This document shows, piece after piece, positions 27,431 through 37,210 of a stretch of DNA of 64,000 nucleotides. Location of the stretch: assembly GCA_964628805.1 (NCBI GenBank), contig CAZVOK010000004.1, forward strand, positions 20,163 through 84,162. Reading direction: 5' to 3'. Every line of letters begins with the position of its first letter. The stretch's first letter is position 1. Both the position numbers and the translations under genes were made by a program. Under the pieces are notes generated by a model. It saw nothing but the letters and a program-made list of their open reading frames with translations, was not told the origin of the DNA and ran no database searches. Origin of the DNA: an uncultured Candidatus Peribacteria bacterium. GTDB lineage: Bacteria; Patescibacteriota; Gracilibacteria; Peribacterales; Peribacteraceae.

Positions 27431-29278
27431 TTAAACCTCAACCATCAAAGGAATAACCATTGGTTCGCGGTCGAGTTTCCTATCAAAGTAGCGATAGAGA
27501 GCACCAGTCACGGCGCGCTTGAGCGCTTTGCGATCTGTTTCGCCGCGCTTGAGTTCCTCTTCATACGCTTTCCTAGAAGTTTCTATCACCTCGCGGGTGA
27601 TTTCGCTTTCTTCGGAACCGTAGATGAGGCCGCGGGAGATGACGTCTGGGTCTGCCACGAGTCTCTTGCTTTCGGCGTAGACGCGGAAGAGGACGGTGAT
27701 GACTCCGTTATTGCTCATGACTTTGCGGTCATCCATCACTCTCTGTCCTTCGCCGGCGCTTCCGCGGCCGTCGATGATGACGTCTTTCATGAGGTGCTTA
27801 CTCTTGCTGCGGCGGGCGTCGCCCTTCGCATCAAATTCCAGGATTTCTCCGTTCACGAGTAAGTGAAGCTGGTTGTCCTGATAGCCAATAGTCTTGGCGA
27901 GTTCCGCATGTGCGGAGCGCATGTGCGGTTCGCCGTGTTCCGGGATCAAGTGCTTGGCACGTACCAAGCGGTGCATTAGAAGTAAGTCGTTCTGATAGCC
28001 GTGACCGGTCGTATGCAGCGCAAGTTCGTTATTGGTTTTCACTACCGCACCTTGCAGGTACAGGTTATTGATCACCTTCGCGACTGCGCGTTCGTTTCCT
28101 ACGATGGGGTTACTGCTCAGAATCACCGTGTCGCCTTTCTTTGTGGCGATATGACGGTGTGTGCCAAGCCCAATACGTGCAAGGCCGGCCATTTCTTCGC
28201 CTTGGCTTCCGGTGGTGATAATCAGCACGTTTTTATCGGGCATTTTATCCATCGCAGGGTTTACCTTACGGATGAGTCCACGTGGAGCTTTCAGGTATCC
28301 CAGGTTTTGGGCGATCTCGATATTGGTCTCCATGCTGCGTCCGGAAATGAACACCGTACGCTCGTACTTCTTGGCGTGTTCCATGATTTGCTGAATGCGG
28401 TTGAGAAGCGAGCTGAAGGTAGACACGATCACGCGTCCTTTGGCGTCACGAATGAGGCCGTGGAGCGTATCGGAAATTTCTTTTTCGCTTTTGCTGTTTC
28501 CAGGCTTCATTGCGTTGGTAGAGTCGGCGATGATGGCCAGTACTCCTTCGTCCCCGAGCTGTGCCAACCTGTGGAAATCCGCAGGTGGTTCGTTCATGGG
28601 AGTTAAGTCAAACTTGAAGTCGCCCGTGTGGACGATCTTTCCGTACGGAGTGTGGAGTGCGATGGCGGCGGAATCCGGAATACTGTGTGTGACGCGCAGG
28701 AATTCCACTTCCACTTTTCCAAGCCTGATTTTCTCGCGGAAGTTCACGTTATGCAAACGCGCCTTTCCGGTGAGATGTTCTTCATCCAAGCGCTTTTTCA
28801 CAAACGCCATCGTGAGCTTGGTGCCGTAGCACGGTGGAAAATGCAGAGCCGGCAGCAAGTGCTGCACGGCGCCGATGTGATCCAGGTGACCGTGCGTGAA
28901 GAGCACGGCCTTGATCTTGCTCTCGCGTCCTTTCAGGGGGGAGATATCGGGGATCAGGTAGTCGATACCCATCATGTCGTCATCCGGGAACTGAAGTCCC
29001 AGGTCGATGATGTAGATATCTTCATCTACTTCGATCACGAAGCAGTTGCGTCCCACCTGCTCGAATCCACCAAGTGGATACACGCGCAGGTTCTGGCGCC
29101 TTGCTCCATCCTGATTTCCAGAATGAGGAGCTGCCGATGGTGTATTGCCCTTGCCCTGATGAGGGTGACGAGGGCGATTATTGTTGTTTCGGTGTTGTGG
29201 CGGAGTGCCGTACACCGAACGAGTGGGCGTCACGGGTGACGGCCCTGCGGGAGTTTGACCCGCTGTTTCTTCGAACAT
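27431..29278 (-). CDS. rnj: ribonuclease J (beta-CASP metallo-beta-lactamase) with a low-complexity basic N-terminal extension
   Basis: LGGFEQVGRNCFVIE, THGHLDHIGAV, a beta-CASP region and a C-terminal domain. The start is placed at ATG 29278 because the upstream part of the ORF is AT-rich and looks non-coding. Confidence 0.85.
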   Translation of the reverse strand: MFEETAGQTPAGPSPVTPTRSVYGTPPQHRNNNNRPRHPHQGKGNTPSAAPHSGNQDGARRQNLRVYPLGGFEQVGRNCFVIEVDEDIYIIDLGLQFPDDDMMGIDYLIPDISPLKGRESKIKAVLFTHGHLDHIGAVQHLLPALHFPPCYGTKLTMAFVKKRLDEEHLTGKARLHNVNFREKIRLGKVEVEFLRVTHSIPDSAAIALHTPYGKIVHTGDFKFDLTPMNEPPADFHRLAQLGDEGVLAIIADSTNAMKPGNSKSEKEISDTLHGLIRDAKGRVIVSTFSSLLNRIQQIMEHAKKYERTVFISGRSMETNIEIAQNLGYLKAPRGLIRKVNPAMDKMPDKNVLIITTGSQGEEMAGLARIGLGTHRHIATKKGDTVILSSNPIVGNERAVAKVINNLYLQGAVVKTNNELALHTTGHGYQNDLLLMHRLVRAKHLIPEHGEPHMRSAHAELAKTIGYQDNQLHLLVNGEILEFDAKGDARRSKSKHLMKDVIIDGRGSAGEGQRVMDDRKVMSNNGVITVLFRVYAESKRLVADPDVISRGLIYGSEESEITREVIETSRKAYEEELKRGETDRKALKRAVTGALYRYFDRKLDREPMVIPLMVEV

Positions 29279-29567
29279 TTTTAAAATTTTGGTAAATAAC
29301 GGAAATAAAAAGTTCATAGGTACTGTACTCTTCACTGGTCCTTTAAGCAAGGTATCATTTGCAATAACTATTTGTTTTTGGCTTGTGCACAACGATTTTT
29401 TACATGAGTTTTTTGTAAACACTATGAGCATCCTGTCAATAAAGCCAAGCTTTCCGGATCGCAATCCTGTACTGCCGCTCTAAGACAGGCACAGTATTTT
29501 TTACACGCCCCTCCGTACTTCTCTTTTCTTGCTCCCATCCTTTGCTGCCTGTAGCCTATCTCACTGA

Positions 29568-31601
29568 ATGGACTCCACTGTCCACACAGGTTTCACAAAG
29601 GCCTCGCACGACGTGTCGCTCGTTTCCCAGAGTTTTCTGTCTGAGGAGAAAGAGCGTGCCTTTTTGCTGCTGCAGATTCACGCCGAACCGCGTGATGCGA
29701 AGGCGCTGGAGGAAGAATGCATTTCCATTGTGAAGCATGCGCTCCTGCAAACAGAAGGAGAAGCGTGGCACAGGCTCGATGGCACACTGAAAGAATTGAA
29801 CGGCCTCTTCAAAGGATTTTTGATTTCTCACGCGGTGCAGGATGTCCACGCCATCGTGTCTATCAGTGACAAAGAAGGAAATCTGCACGTGTCTCACGCG
29901 GGCAGGGGTGAGGCGTATCTCATCCGAAACGGTGGCTGCAGCCAAATTACCGAGTATGTACGCGGTAAGCCGTCACCCATGTTTGTGCACATCGCCAGCG
30001 GTTCTCTGGAGGCGGGTGATGTGCTCATCTTCTCCACACAAAGACTGCTTCGCACCCTCACGCCGGCACAACTCGCGCAGATGTCTCCACGCGAGTCGCA
30101 CCTGGTGCACGACATCATTGCGACTCTGGAAACAGAAAAAGAAATGGCGTCTGTAGGTACGTTGCACCTCTCTGCAAAGAGAGCTGCAGTAAGTAGGTTT
30201 GCAGAGGATGAAGACCTAGATGAAGCCCCGGTCCGCAGCAGATCTGCGTACCGCGAACTTCCATCGCGCAGGCGCACGCAGGGTGGTGGCAGTTGGTCCA
30301 TCCCATCCTTCGATACCGTCCGCGAATATGTGATGCCGGTAGTGGCAGGCGTGGGAAAGCTTAGTAAGCAGGGAGCGTCTCTCAGTAAAAAAGGAATGGG
30401 TTCCGCATCATCCGGCATGCAGTGGGTGCAGGTTGTGCAGGATCGCTTCACGCTGTTCCTGGCAGATTTGCGCCACCCGGAGCGCAAAAAGCGTGCACAT
30501 CTTCTGCTCCTGGCAGGGGCTTTGGCTGCATTCCTCATCATTTGGATGACCGTGAGGCTTGCCACCAGCACGCAGCGCAGCAAGAGCCGCGCAGAGCTAG
30601 GGGAACTCATGCAGCAGATTGAGGCCGATATCCGCACTGCGGAGAATCGTCGCCTCACGGGTGATAGCGAAGGGGCGAATGCTATTTTGGACAGAGCGGA
30701 ATTGCAGTCTAAAGAAATCATCAATAACGACAGCGGCCTCTTCCGCTCCGAAGCCCTGAATCTCTTGGATCGTGTACAGGCCAAGAAAGAGGAGATCAAT
30801 AACGTAGTGCGCATTTCTCCGCGCATGCTCGTGAACCTCAGCACCAAGGAGCCGGACATTGCCGCTCAAGGGATGATCGGCATTGCCGATGGAGAGTTCA
30901 CCGTGTTCGACAAAAAGAATTCGTACCACGTGGTGCTCAATAGCGTGGAAGAAGGCCGAGCGATCTCCGAAGAAGATCTCATCGCCGATGGTGCGAACTT
31001 CCCACGCTACGCCGCTCAGGCATTTTTGACTTCGGGTAATAGCCTTGTGGAAGTAAAGGAAGGCATTTTGGAATCCATGAAGACCGACGATGCCAATGGC
31101 TGGGTGACCGGGAAAGATTTGGAGACGTACCTAAGGAACCTGTACGTACTTAGCAGCGACAACAAAATCTACAAGTACGAGCGCCTGAATAATCGTTACA
31201 GTTCATCGGTACTGTACAACGTGAACGGGGACCTCAGCGGTGCCCTGGACATGGCGATCGACGGAAATGTGTACGTGCTGAAAGACAATGGAACCGTGGT
31301 GAAGCTCCTCCGCGGCGAAGCGCAGACATTCGGCATTCATCATGCACCAAGTAACCTTCTCACCGATGCGGCCAAGCTCTACAAGTTGCCCGATGGAAAC
31401 TTCTACTTCCTGGATCCCGTGAAGAACCGCGTGATTGTAACATCCGACGGCGGCTCCGCCGGAGATTCATCGTACGTGCGTCAGTATGTCATCGAGGGCG
31501 ATCAGATCGGTAAATTGCAGGATTTGTACGTGGATCCGGAGGAATCTCATATTTACGTGATGGATGAGAAGAAGGTGTATGTGGTGGATATCATTCGATA
31601 A
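29568..31601 (+). CDS. large membrane-spanning hypothetical protein (N-terminal PPM/SpoIIE-like region?, central TM, C-terminal repeat/propeller-like region)
   Basis: 677-aa ORF. The N-terminal part has weak PP2C-like character (VSHAGRGEAYLIRNG, GDVLIFSTQ). One TM lies near aa 310-330. Confidence 0.5.
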   Translation: MDSTVHTGFTKASHDVSLVSQSFLSEEKERAFLLLQIHAEPRDAKALEEECISIVKHALLQTEGEAWHRLDGTLKELNGLFKGFLISHAVQDVHAIVSISDKEGNLHVSHAGRGEAYLIRNGGCSQITEYVRGKPSPMFVHIASGSLEAGDVLIFSTQRLLRTLTPAQLAQMSPRESHLVHDIIATLETEKEMASVGTLHLSAKRAAVSRFAEDEDLDEAPVRSRSAYRELPSRRRTQGGGSWSIPSFDTVREYVMPVVAGVGKLSKQGASLSKKGMGSASSGMQWVQVVQDRFTLFLADLRHPERKKRAHLLLLAGALAAFLIIWMTVRLATSTQRSKSRAELGELMQQIEADIRTAENRRLTGDSEGANAILDRAELQSKEIINNDSGLFRSEALNLLDRVQAKKEEINNVVRISPRMLVNLSTKEPDIAAQGMIGIADGEFTVFDKKNSYHVVLNSVEEGRAISEEDLIADGANFPRYAAQAFLTSGNSLVEVKEGILESMKTDDANGWVTGKDLETYLRNLYVLSSDNKIYKYERLNNRYSSSVLYNVNGDLSGALDMAIDGNVYVLKDNGTVVKLLRGEAQTFGIHHAPSNLLTDAAKLYKLPDGNFYFLDPVKNRVIVTSDGGSAGDSSYVRQYVIEGDQIGKLQDLYVDPEESHIYVMDEKKVYVVDIIR

Positions 31602-31680
31602 ATATCAAAGAAAAGCTAAAAGATAAATTTTTTAAAGTTTAATTTTCTCTATTTAGCTTTTCTTTGAGCTTTGATATTTG
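31601..31680. repeat. AT-rich heptad-word hairpin
   Basis: 31601-31611 pairs with 31670-31680 (11 bp perfect), and 31612-31621 pairs with 31653-31662 (10 bp perfect). The element begins at the last base of the stop codon of ORF 29568..31601. Confidence 0.6.
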
Positions 31681-31740
31681 ACGTTTGTGATTTTGCATCA
31701 GGCATTTATGTTACACTATCTCCCCCTCTTTCACTTATTC

Positions 31741-32130
31741 ATGAGAGTTCTCGTCTTCGGTACCTTCGACCACTTCCACCTGGGGCACCGGTTTCTTTTG
31801 ACAGAAGCTTCGAAGAGAGGCGATCTGTTTGTGGTGATTGCGCGCGATAGTACCGTGCGAACAATCAAGCACATTGATGCCACCTGGCCTGAGGACCAGA
31901 GGCGTGATGCGGTACAGGAGGCATTCCCTTCCGCTCATGTGATGCTTGGCGATAAGGAGAATTTCAAGGCTCCTCTGGAACACGTGAAGCCCGATCTCAT
32001 TCTTCTGGGGTATGATCAAAAGCTTCCTCCCGGAGTGAGTGAGAAGGATTTTCTGTGTCCGGTAGAGAGGCTTCCTGCCTTTGAGCCGGAGAAATACAAA
32101 AGCAGCATTCTGCGGAAAAATATCAAATAA
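31741..32130 (+). CDS. cytidylyltransferase-like nucleotidyltransferase (HxGH family; RibL/TagD/CoaD-like)
   Basis: MRVLVFGTFDHFHLGH matches the (T/H)xGH signature. The length is about 129 aa. Confidence 0.65.
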   Translation: MRVLVFGTFDHFHLGHRFLLTEASKRGDLFVVIARDSTVRTIKHIDATWPEDQRRDAVQEAFPSAHVMLGDKENFKAPLEHVKPDLILLGYDQKLPPGVSEKDFLCPVERLPAFEPEKYKSSILRKNIK

Positions 32131-32273
32131 CAAACGCCAAATCTCAAAGAAAAGGTAAATGAGAAAGAATAAAACTTTAAAGTTTGATCTTTAAATTTTA
32201 GGCTTTCTTTGACATTTGAAGTTTTGAAATTTGTAATTTCAAGATAAGCATTTTTCTGCTATAATATCTCGAT

Positions 32274-32540
32274 ATGTCCATACACACATTCATCCACGCA
32301 CTTCGCCCGTACATGCAGTCCCCTCGCGTTCGCCAGGTGGCGGGAGCCGTGGGCGGTGCCTTGATTGCGCTGGTTTCGTACCAGGCATTTGAAACAGTGA
32401 AGCCTGTGGTGGGAACATTCTTTTCTTCCATGACACACACCGCAGCTCCGGAGCAGTACACCGATGAAGACAGGCAACGTACGCAGGATTTGATTGTGGG
32501 GATGGCGAAGAAGGAATTGCAGAGCATGGGGATTGAGTAG
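32274..32540 (+). CDS. small hypothetical protein with one TM
   Basis: 88-aa ORF between repeat elements, with no recognisable motif. Confidence 0.4.
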   Translation: MSIHTFIHALRPYMQSPRVRQVAGAVGGALIALVSYQAFETVKPVVGTFFSSMTHTAAPEQYTDEDRQRTQDLIVGMAKKELQSMGIE

Positions 32541-32600
32541 TCTTTGGAATTGAAAATTGAGAATGGAGAATTGAAAATTAGTAATTGAAGATGGGGATTG
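32541..32600. repeat. single-arm heptad array
   Basis: GGAATTG AAAATTG AGAATGG AGAATTG AAAATTA GTAATTG AAGATGG GGATTGG shows strict 7-nt periodicity. No complementary arm is nearby. Confidence 0.6.
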
Positions 32601-32613
32601 GTATCCTTTTTTC

Positions 32614-33369
32614 GTGTTCCTATTTCTTCCTCCGGAGGTTCTCATCGTATTATTCTTTCTAATGGGATTAGTGCTGGGGAGTTTTGGGAATGTGCTCATT
32701 TATCGTATTCCGGCCAGGCACAGTATTGGCGGGAGGTCGCATTGCCCGGGGTGCGGGAAGACTATTGGATTTTTTGAATTGATTCCGGTGATTAGTTACT
32801 TGGTTTTGCGGGGGAGATGTTCTCGGTGTAAGGCGTCTTTATCGCTGCAGTATCCTTTGGTAGAGCTTGTGAGCGGGCTTCTGTTTGTTCTCGCGCTGCA
32901 GCACGCAGGGGCAATTCTTCCTGCGGTATTTCTAGCACTCGGCTTCTGGCTTCTGCTCCTGATGGCCGTCATTGATATGCGGCATGCGGTGATTCCGGAT
33001 GCTTTGAATATTCCTTTCGCGGTGTGCGCTCTTGCGTATGCATTCATTGCCGGCACTTTTTCTGTATGGGGATTTGCACTGTGTATCGGATTTTTTGGAT
33101 TGCAGTGGCTCCTCAGCAGAGGCGCATGGCTTGGGAGTGGTGATGTAGTGCTGGCCATCGGCATTGGAGCGGTGGCTGGTACGTGGCCGTTTGCACTTCT
33201 GTTTTTAGGAATAGCGTATGTGTCCGGTGCAGCTGTTGCCGTGGTGCTGATTCTTCTAAAAATAAAATCTAAAAAAGACATGGTTCCTTTTGGTCCATTC
33301 ATGGCCTTCTCTGCTGTCGTCACAGTGCTCTGCGGAGCCCGCATTCTGGATTTTATGTTGGGCCGCTAG
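32614..33369 (+). CDS. pilD: prepilin peptidase (A24 family)
   Basis: GSFGNVLIYRIP, CPGCGKTI...RGRCSRCK zinc-binding region, and a multi-TM C-terminal peptidase domain with conserved Asp context (IPDAL, GSGDVVL). The start codon is GTG. Confidence 0.85.
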   Translation: MFLFLPPEVLIVLFFLMGLVLGSFGNVLIYRIPARHSIGGRSHCPGCGKTIGFFELIPVISYLVLRGRCSRCKASLSLQYPLVELVSGLLFVLALQHAGAILPAVFLALGFWLLLLMAVIDMRHAVIPDALNIPFAVCALAYAFIAGTFSVWGFALCIGFFGLQWLLSRGAWLGSGDVVLAIGIGAVAGTWPFALLFLGIAYVSGAAVAVVLILLKIKSKKDMVPFGPFMAFSAVVTVLCGARILDFMLGR

Positions 33370-33625
33370 AGTGACCGCACAAAAAAGGGCCATCAACCCG
33401 AAGGGAGGCCCAAGAAGTTATCAGCCAAGCATATGCCCTACTGGAGGGTCTCCGCCCCAGGTCTCTAGTTCCTTTTGTGTAAGGAAACAGGGACCTGGGA
33501 GAAGATCGCAGTGACTGACAAGGGAAATAATACTAGGTTTTTATGGTTTGTCAATAAAAAGACGACATTTTGGAGGAGTGATCTTTTGTTTTCTTTAAGC
33601 CATTTATAGGCCATAATTGGCACAT

Positions 33626-34066
33626 ATGGCACTTGTCGCCCAAAACCGCCGGGCTAGGTTCGACTTTGAGATCCTGGAGACCCTAGAAGTAGGGATCAAG
33701 CTCACTGGACCCGAGGTGAAGTCGTGCAGAAATGGGCATGTGAATTTGGCAGGGGCCTATGTCTCTTTTTTAGGTGGAAATGCCACCATCAAGCACCTCA
33801 CCATTTCCCCGTATCAGCAGGCAGCACCTAGTGAGCGACCAGACCCTGAACGTGAACGACCGTTGCTCCTGAAAAAAAATGAGATAGAAAGACTGCAGGC
33901 AATGAGCGCCGAAAAAGGCATCGCCATAATCCCACTAGAGGTCCATGCGGCAAAGTATATAAAATTATTGTTGGGCATTGGTCGTGGTCGGAAGACGATC
34001 GACAAGAGACAGAGGATTAAAGAGCGAGATACGGAGCGGAATATGCGAAAGGGGCAGCAGGAATAA
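33626..34066 (+). CDS. smpB: SsrA-binding protein
   Basis: NRRARFDFEILETLEVGIKLTGPEVKS...GRGRKTIDKRQRIKERD is typical of SmpB. Confidence 0.92.
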   Translation: MALVAQNRRARFDFEILETLEVGIKLTGPEVKSCRNGHVNLAGAYVSFLGGNATIKHLTISPYQQAAPSERPDPERERPLLLKKNEIERLQAMSAEKGIAIIPLEVHAAKYIKLLLGIGRGRKTIDKRQRIKERDTERNMRKGQQE

Positions 34067-34139
34067 AACGTTACACCGCGTAGCAACACGGCATGCCGTG
34101 TTGCTACGTGCGACGAACAATTTCCGCTATAATCCCCCG

Positions 34140-34736
34140 GTGTCATTACTCCCTCCTCAAATCCACCGGGTCATCGAAGAATTTTCCAAGCTTCCGGGCA
34201 TTGGACCCAAATCTGCGGAGCGCCTGACATTCCATCTTTTGCGCAGCAGTAAGGCATCTCCGGAGGGGCTGGGGAAAGCGCTTTTGGATTTAAAAAAAGA
34301 ACTTCGCTACTGCACAAATTGTCAGATGATCACGCTCGAGGAGCAGTGCGCTATTTGCATGGATAGTCACCGTGATGCATCGGTGATTTTGGTAGTGGAA
34401 GATCCATTAGAGCTGATCGCTTTTGAAAAGACTGCGTACAAAGGTGTGTACCATGTGTTGCACGGAGTGCTCTCGCCTATCGATGGCATGGGGCCGGAGC
34501 AGCTTCGTCTTCGTGAGCTTGTGGAGCGTGCTAAAACGGGGCTCATCAAAGAAGTGATCATCGCCACGAATCCAGATATTGAGGGTGAAGCCACAGCCAA
34601 CTACATCCGCATGCAGATCAAAGATTTCGTGCCAGCCATCACTCGTCTGGCTCATGGATTGCCTATGGGTGCGGATATCGAGTTTGCGGATCAGGTGACT
34701 CTGAAAGAGGCTTTGGCGGGGAGAAGGTCTTTATGA
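34140..34736 (+). CDS. recR: recombination protein RecR
   Basis: A GTG start gives MSLLPPQIHRVIEEFSKLPGIGPKSAERLTFHLL (HhH). A C4 zinc finger CTNC...CAIC and a Toprim region (VVEDPLE) follow. Confidence 0.88.
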   Translation: MSLLPPQIHRVIEEFSKLPGIGPKSAERLTFHLLRSSKASPEGLGKALLDLKKELRYCTNCQMITLEEQCAICMDSHRDASVILVVEDPLELIAFEKTAYKGVYHVLHGVLSPIDGMGPEQLRLRELVERAKTGLIKEVIIATNPDIEGEATANYIRMQIKDFVPAITRLAHGLPMGADIEFADQVTLKEALAGRRSL

Positions 34737-34850
34737 GCTTTGAATAAAGGGATTTGAAGTATGAATTATGGGTTGAAGCAAAAATCACTACCAATCCCTT
34801 ACTCCATCATTCTGAGCCAAGAATTCTCACTCACTTGGCATTTTCATGAG

Positions 34851-34892
34851 TTATCCACAGAGTTTTCCACACTTTTCCACATTTAATCCACA
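34851..34892 (+). promoter_or_regulatory. phased array of four DnaA-box-like 9-mers upstream of the response regulator/pilus operon
   Basis: TTATCCACA (34851), TTTTCCACA (34863), TTTTCCACA (34873) and TAATCCACA (34884). All share one orientation with 10-12 nt spacing. An extended -10-like TGCTACAAT lies at 34936-34944. Confidence 0.55.
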
Positions 34893-34968
34893 ATACGGAC
34901 TTTCGGCTTCCCTGTTTGCTTATTTGAGGTATTTTTGCTACAATAGTTTGATATTTCTTCTTCATTCC

Positions 34969-35358
34969 ATGGCTGACACAGCACCTCCTACCGGTACCAA
35001 AAAGAAGATTCTCATCGTAGAAGATGAGCGTCCGTTGGCACATGCATTGGAATTGAAGATAGGTCATGAGGGGTACGAAACCAAAGTATGTCTGACAGGA
35101 GCCGAAGGACTCAAAGAAGCGCTCACGGGAAAGTATGATTTTATTCTTCTGGATCTCATCATGCCGGAGCTGGATGGATTTTCCTTCCTGCAGGAAATGG
35201 TAGGGAAGAAGATCAAAACGCCCGTCATCATCCTCAGTAACTTGGGACAGGAAGAGGACAAGGCGAAGGCAAAAACGTTCGGTGTCATCGACTACTTCGT
35301 GAAAGCGAATACGCCTATCTCCACCATCGTGACACGCGTGAAAGAGGCGCTGAAATAA
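34969..35358 (+). CDS. single-domain response regulator (CheY-like receiver)
   Basis: KILIVEDE...ILLDLIMPELDG...VKA receiver signature. The length is 129 aa and there is no output domain. Confidence 0.85.
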   Translation: MADTAPPTGTKKKILIVEDERPLAHALELKIGHEGYETKVCLTGAEGLKEALTGKYDFILLDLIMPELDGFSFLQEMVGKKIKTPVIILSNLGQEEDKAKAKTFGVIDYFVKANTPISTIVTRVKEALK

Positions 35359-35401
35359 ATTTCGTTTCACTCACACACACTTCCTTCCCGGCTCCATACA
35401 C

Positions 35402-37201
35402 ATGCCAATCAAAGATTCCGACCTCGGCGCGCTTCTCCTCCAACAGAGTTACCTGAGTGCGGAGGATTTGCACATGGCTGAAGAGCAGGCAAAGGAACGC
35501 GATGTGCCGCTGAAATCCGTGCTGGTGGAGCTTGGTCTTTTGACACAGGAACTCTTTGAAAGTGCGTTGGCTGAGTACTATAAGCTGCCGTTTGCAGACT
35601 TGCTCTCTACTCCTCCTGCCGCAGAAACCATCATGCTTCTGCCGGAGGAAATTGCTCGTACGTACGGAGCTATTGTCATGGAGAAAACGGATGAGGCTGC
35701 AAAGATTGCTACGTCCGATCCCAGCAATCCTTTGCTGGAGGAAGCAATACGCTTGAACTTGGGACATGAGACAGCTGTCTTTCCAGACAAGGAAGATCCT
35801 GAGAAGAAAAAACTTCTGGGCCACAAAAATGCTCCTACTGCTGCTCGCACGTCTGCAAAAGAAGCGGATCGTAAGCCGTATGCAGGGAAAATCCAATTTG
35901 CCTACGCACCTCGTGGAGCAGTGGAGTCGCTTTTCGTGCATTACAGAAAGCCGCTTGCTACACGCTTCCAGGCCATCATCAACCAGCAGAAGAAAGTGGC
36001 TCCGGAAATTATTACAGAAATTTTCAATGATGCCATCGAGCTTCGCGCATCAGACATCCACTTTGAACCTCAGGAACACATGGTGATGGTCCGCTTCCGT
36101 GTGGACGGCGTGATGCATGTGGCTGGAAAGCTTCCAAAGGAATACTACGAAGGAGTCGTGAACCGCATCAAGATTGCATCCAACATGAAGATTGATGAAC
36201 ACTACGCAGCCCAAGACGGTGCCATCCGCTACGAGACGCCAAGCGGTTCCACGATCGACCTCCGTGTCTCCATCGTCCCTGTAGTAGACGGCGAAAAGAT
36301 CGTGCTTCGTATTCTTTCCGAGTACATCCGCACACTTACCCTGAATGACTTGGGATTCTCCGAGGAGTACCGCGGCATCTTGGAAAAGGCCGCACACAAG
36401 CCTTTCGGAATGATCCTGACGACCGGACCTACGGGATCAGGAAAATCTACGACGCTCTACACGCTCCTGAAGCTGCGTAATTTCCCGGATGTGAACATCT
36501 CTACCATTGAAGATCCTGTGGAATACAAAATCCCGGGCATCAACCACATTCAGGTGAATACCGAAACAGACCTGACATTCGCCAAGGGGCTCCGCGCTCT
36601 GGTTCGCCAAGATCCGAACGTCATCCTCGTGGGAGAAATCCGCGACGGCGAAACGGCGAGTATCGCTGTGAACGCCGCACTGACAGGTCACTTGCTCTTC
36701 TCCACCCTCCACGCCAACGATGCTGCCACGGCAGTGCCTCGTCTCTTGGAAATGGGAGTAGAGCCGTTCTTGCTCGCGTCTACACTGGAAGTCATCATCG
36801 GACAGCGTCTTATCCGTAAGATCTGCCCGCAGTGCCGCTTCAGCTACTCCATTCCTTTGAATGAAGCGCAGAAGCTCTTCCCGGGTGCAGACGAATACTT
36901 CCCTAGTAAGGAAGCAGTGCGTCTCTACAAAGGAAAAGGATGCGAAGCGTGTGGTGGCACAGGATACGTGGGTCGCGTGGGAATTTACGAATTGCTCGTG
37001 ATCACCCCTACTATTGAGGAACTCATCGTTGCACGCGCTTCTACTACCGACATCAACAACGCCGCTCGTAAGGAGGGAATGAAGCTCTTGTTTGATGACG
37101 GATTTGAAAAAGTGAAAGCAGGACAGACAACTATCGAAGAACTCATGCGCGTGGCTGCTCCTCCCGGACTTCTAACGATGCTCAGTACACACAAAAAATA
37201 A
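35402..37201 (+). CDS. pilB: type IV pilus assembly ATPase (GspE/PilB family)
   Basis: N-terminal T2SSE_N-like domain, Walker A GPTGSGKST, GEIRD, and a tetracysteine motif CPQC...CEACGGTG. Confidence 0.9.
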   Translation: MPIKDSDLGALLLQQSYLSAEDLHMAEEQAKERDVPLKSVLVELGLLTQELFESALAEYYKLPFADLLSTPPAAETIMLLPEEIARTYGAIVMEKTDEAAKIATSDPSNPLLEEAIRLNLGHETAVFPDKEDPEKKKLLGHKNAPTAARTSAKEADRKPYAGKIQFAYAPRGAVESLFVHYRKPLATRFQAIINQQKKVAPEIITEIFNDAIELRASDIHFEPQEHMVMVRFRVDGVMHVAGKLPKEYYEGVVNRIKIASNMKIDEHYAAQDGAIRYETPSGSTIDLRVSIVPVVDGEKIVLRILSEYIRTLTLNDLGFSEEYRGILEKAAHKPFGMILTTGPTGSGKSTTLYTLLKLRNFPDVNISTIEDPVEYKIPGINHIQVNTETDLTFAKGLRALVRQDPNVILVGEIRDGETASIAVNAALTGHLLFSTLHANDAATAVPRLLEMGVEPFLLASTLEVIIGQRLIRKICPQCRFSYSIPLNEAQKLFPGADEYFPSKEAVRLYKGKGCEACGGTGYVGRVGIYELLVITPTIEELIVARASTTDINNAARKEGMKLLFDDGFEKVKAGQTTIEELMRVAAPPGLLTMLSTHKK

Positions 37202-37210
37202 AACCTTCTC

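Noticed and set aside
33370-33616. Possible tmRNA (ssrA) in the 250-nt gap upstream of smpB
   Set aside because: I found no tRNA-like 3' end (no GGTTCGA-type T-arm followed by an acceptor and CCA) and no GGGG-type 5' acceptor. Only one hairpin (33456-33499) is evident. ORF 33290..33514 there also looks spurious. The region is left unassigned.
33978-34139. recR ORF extension overlapping smpB
   Set aside because: The extension runs through the smpB 3' end and the 28-nt palindrome. The RecR-like sequence begins at GTG 34140.
34846-34968. Long N-terminal extension of the response regulator ORF
   Set aside because: It translates the DnaA-box array and promoter-like region. The receiver domain begins at ATG 34969.
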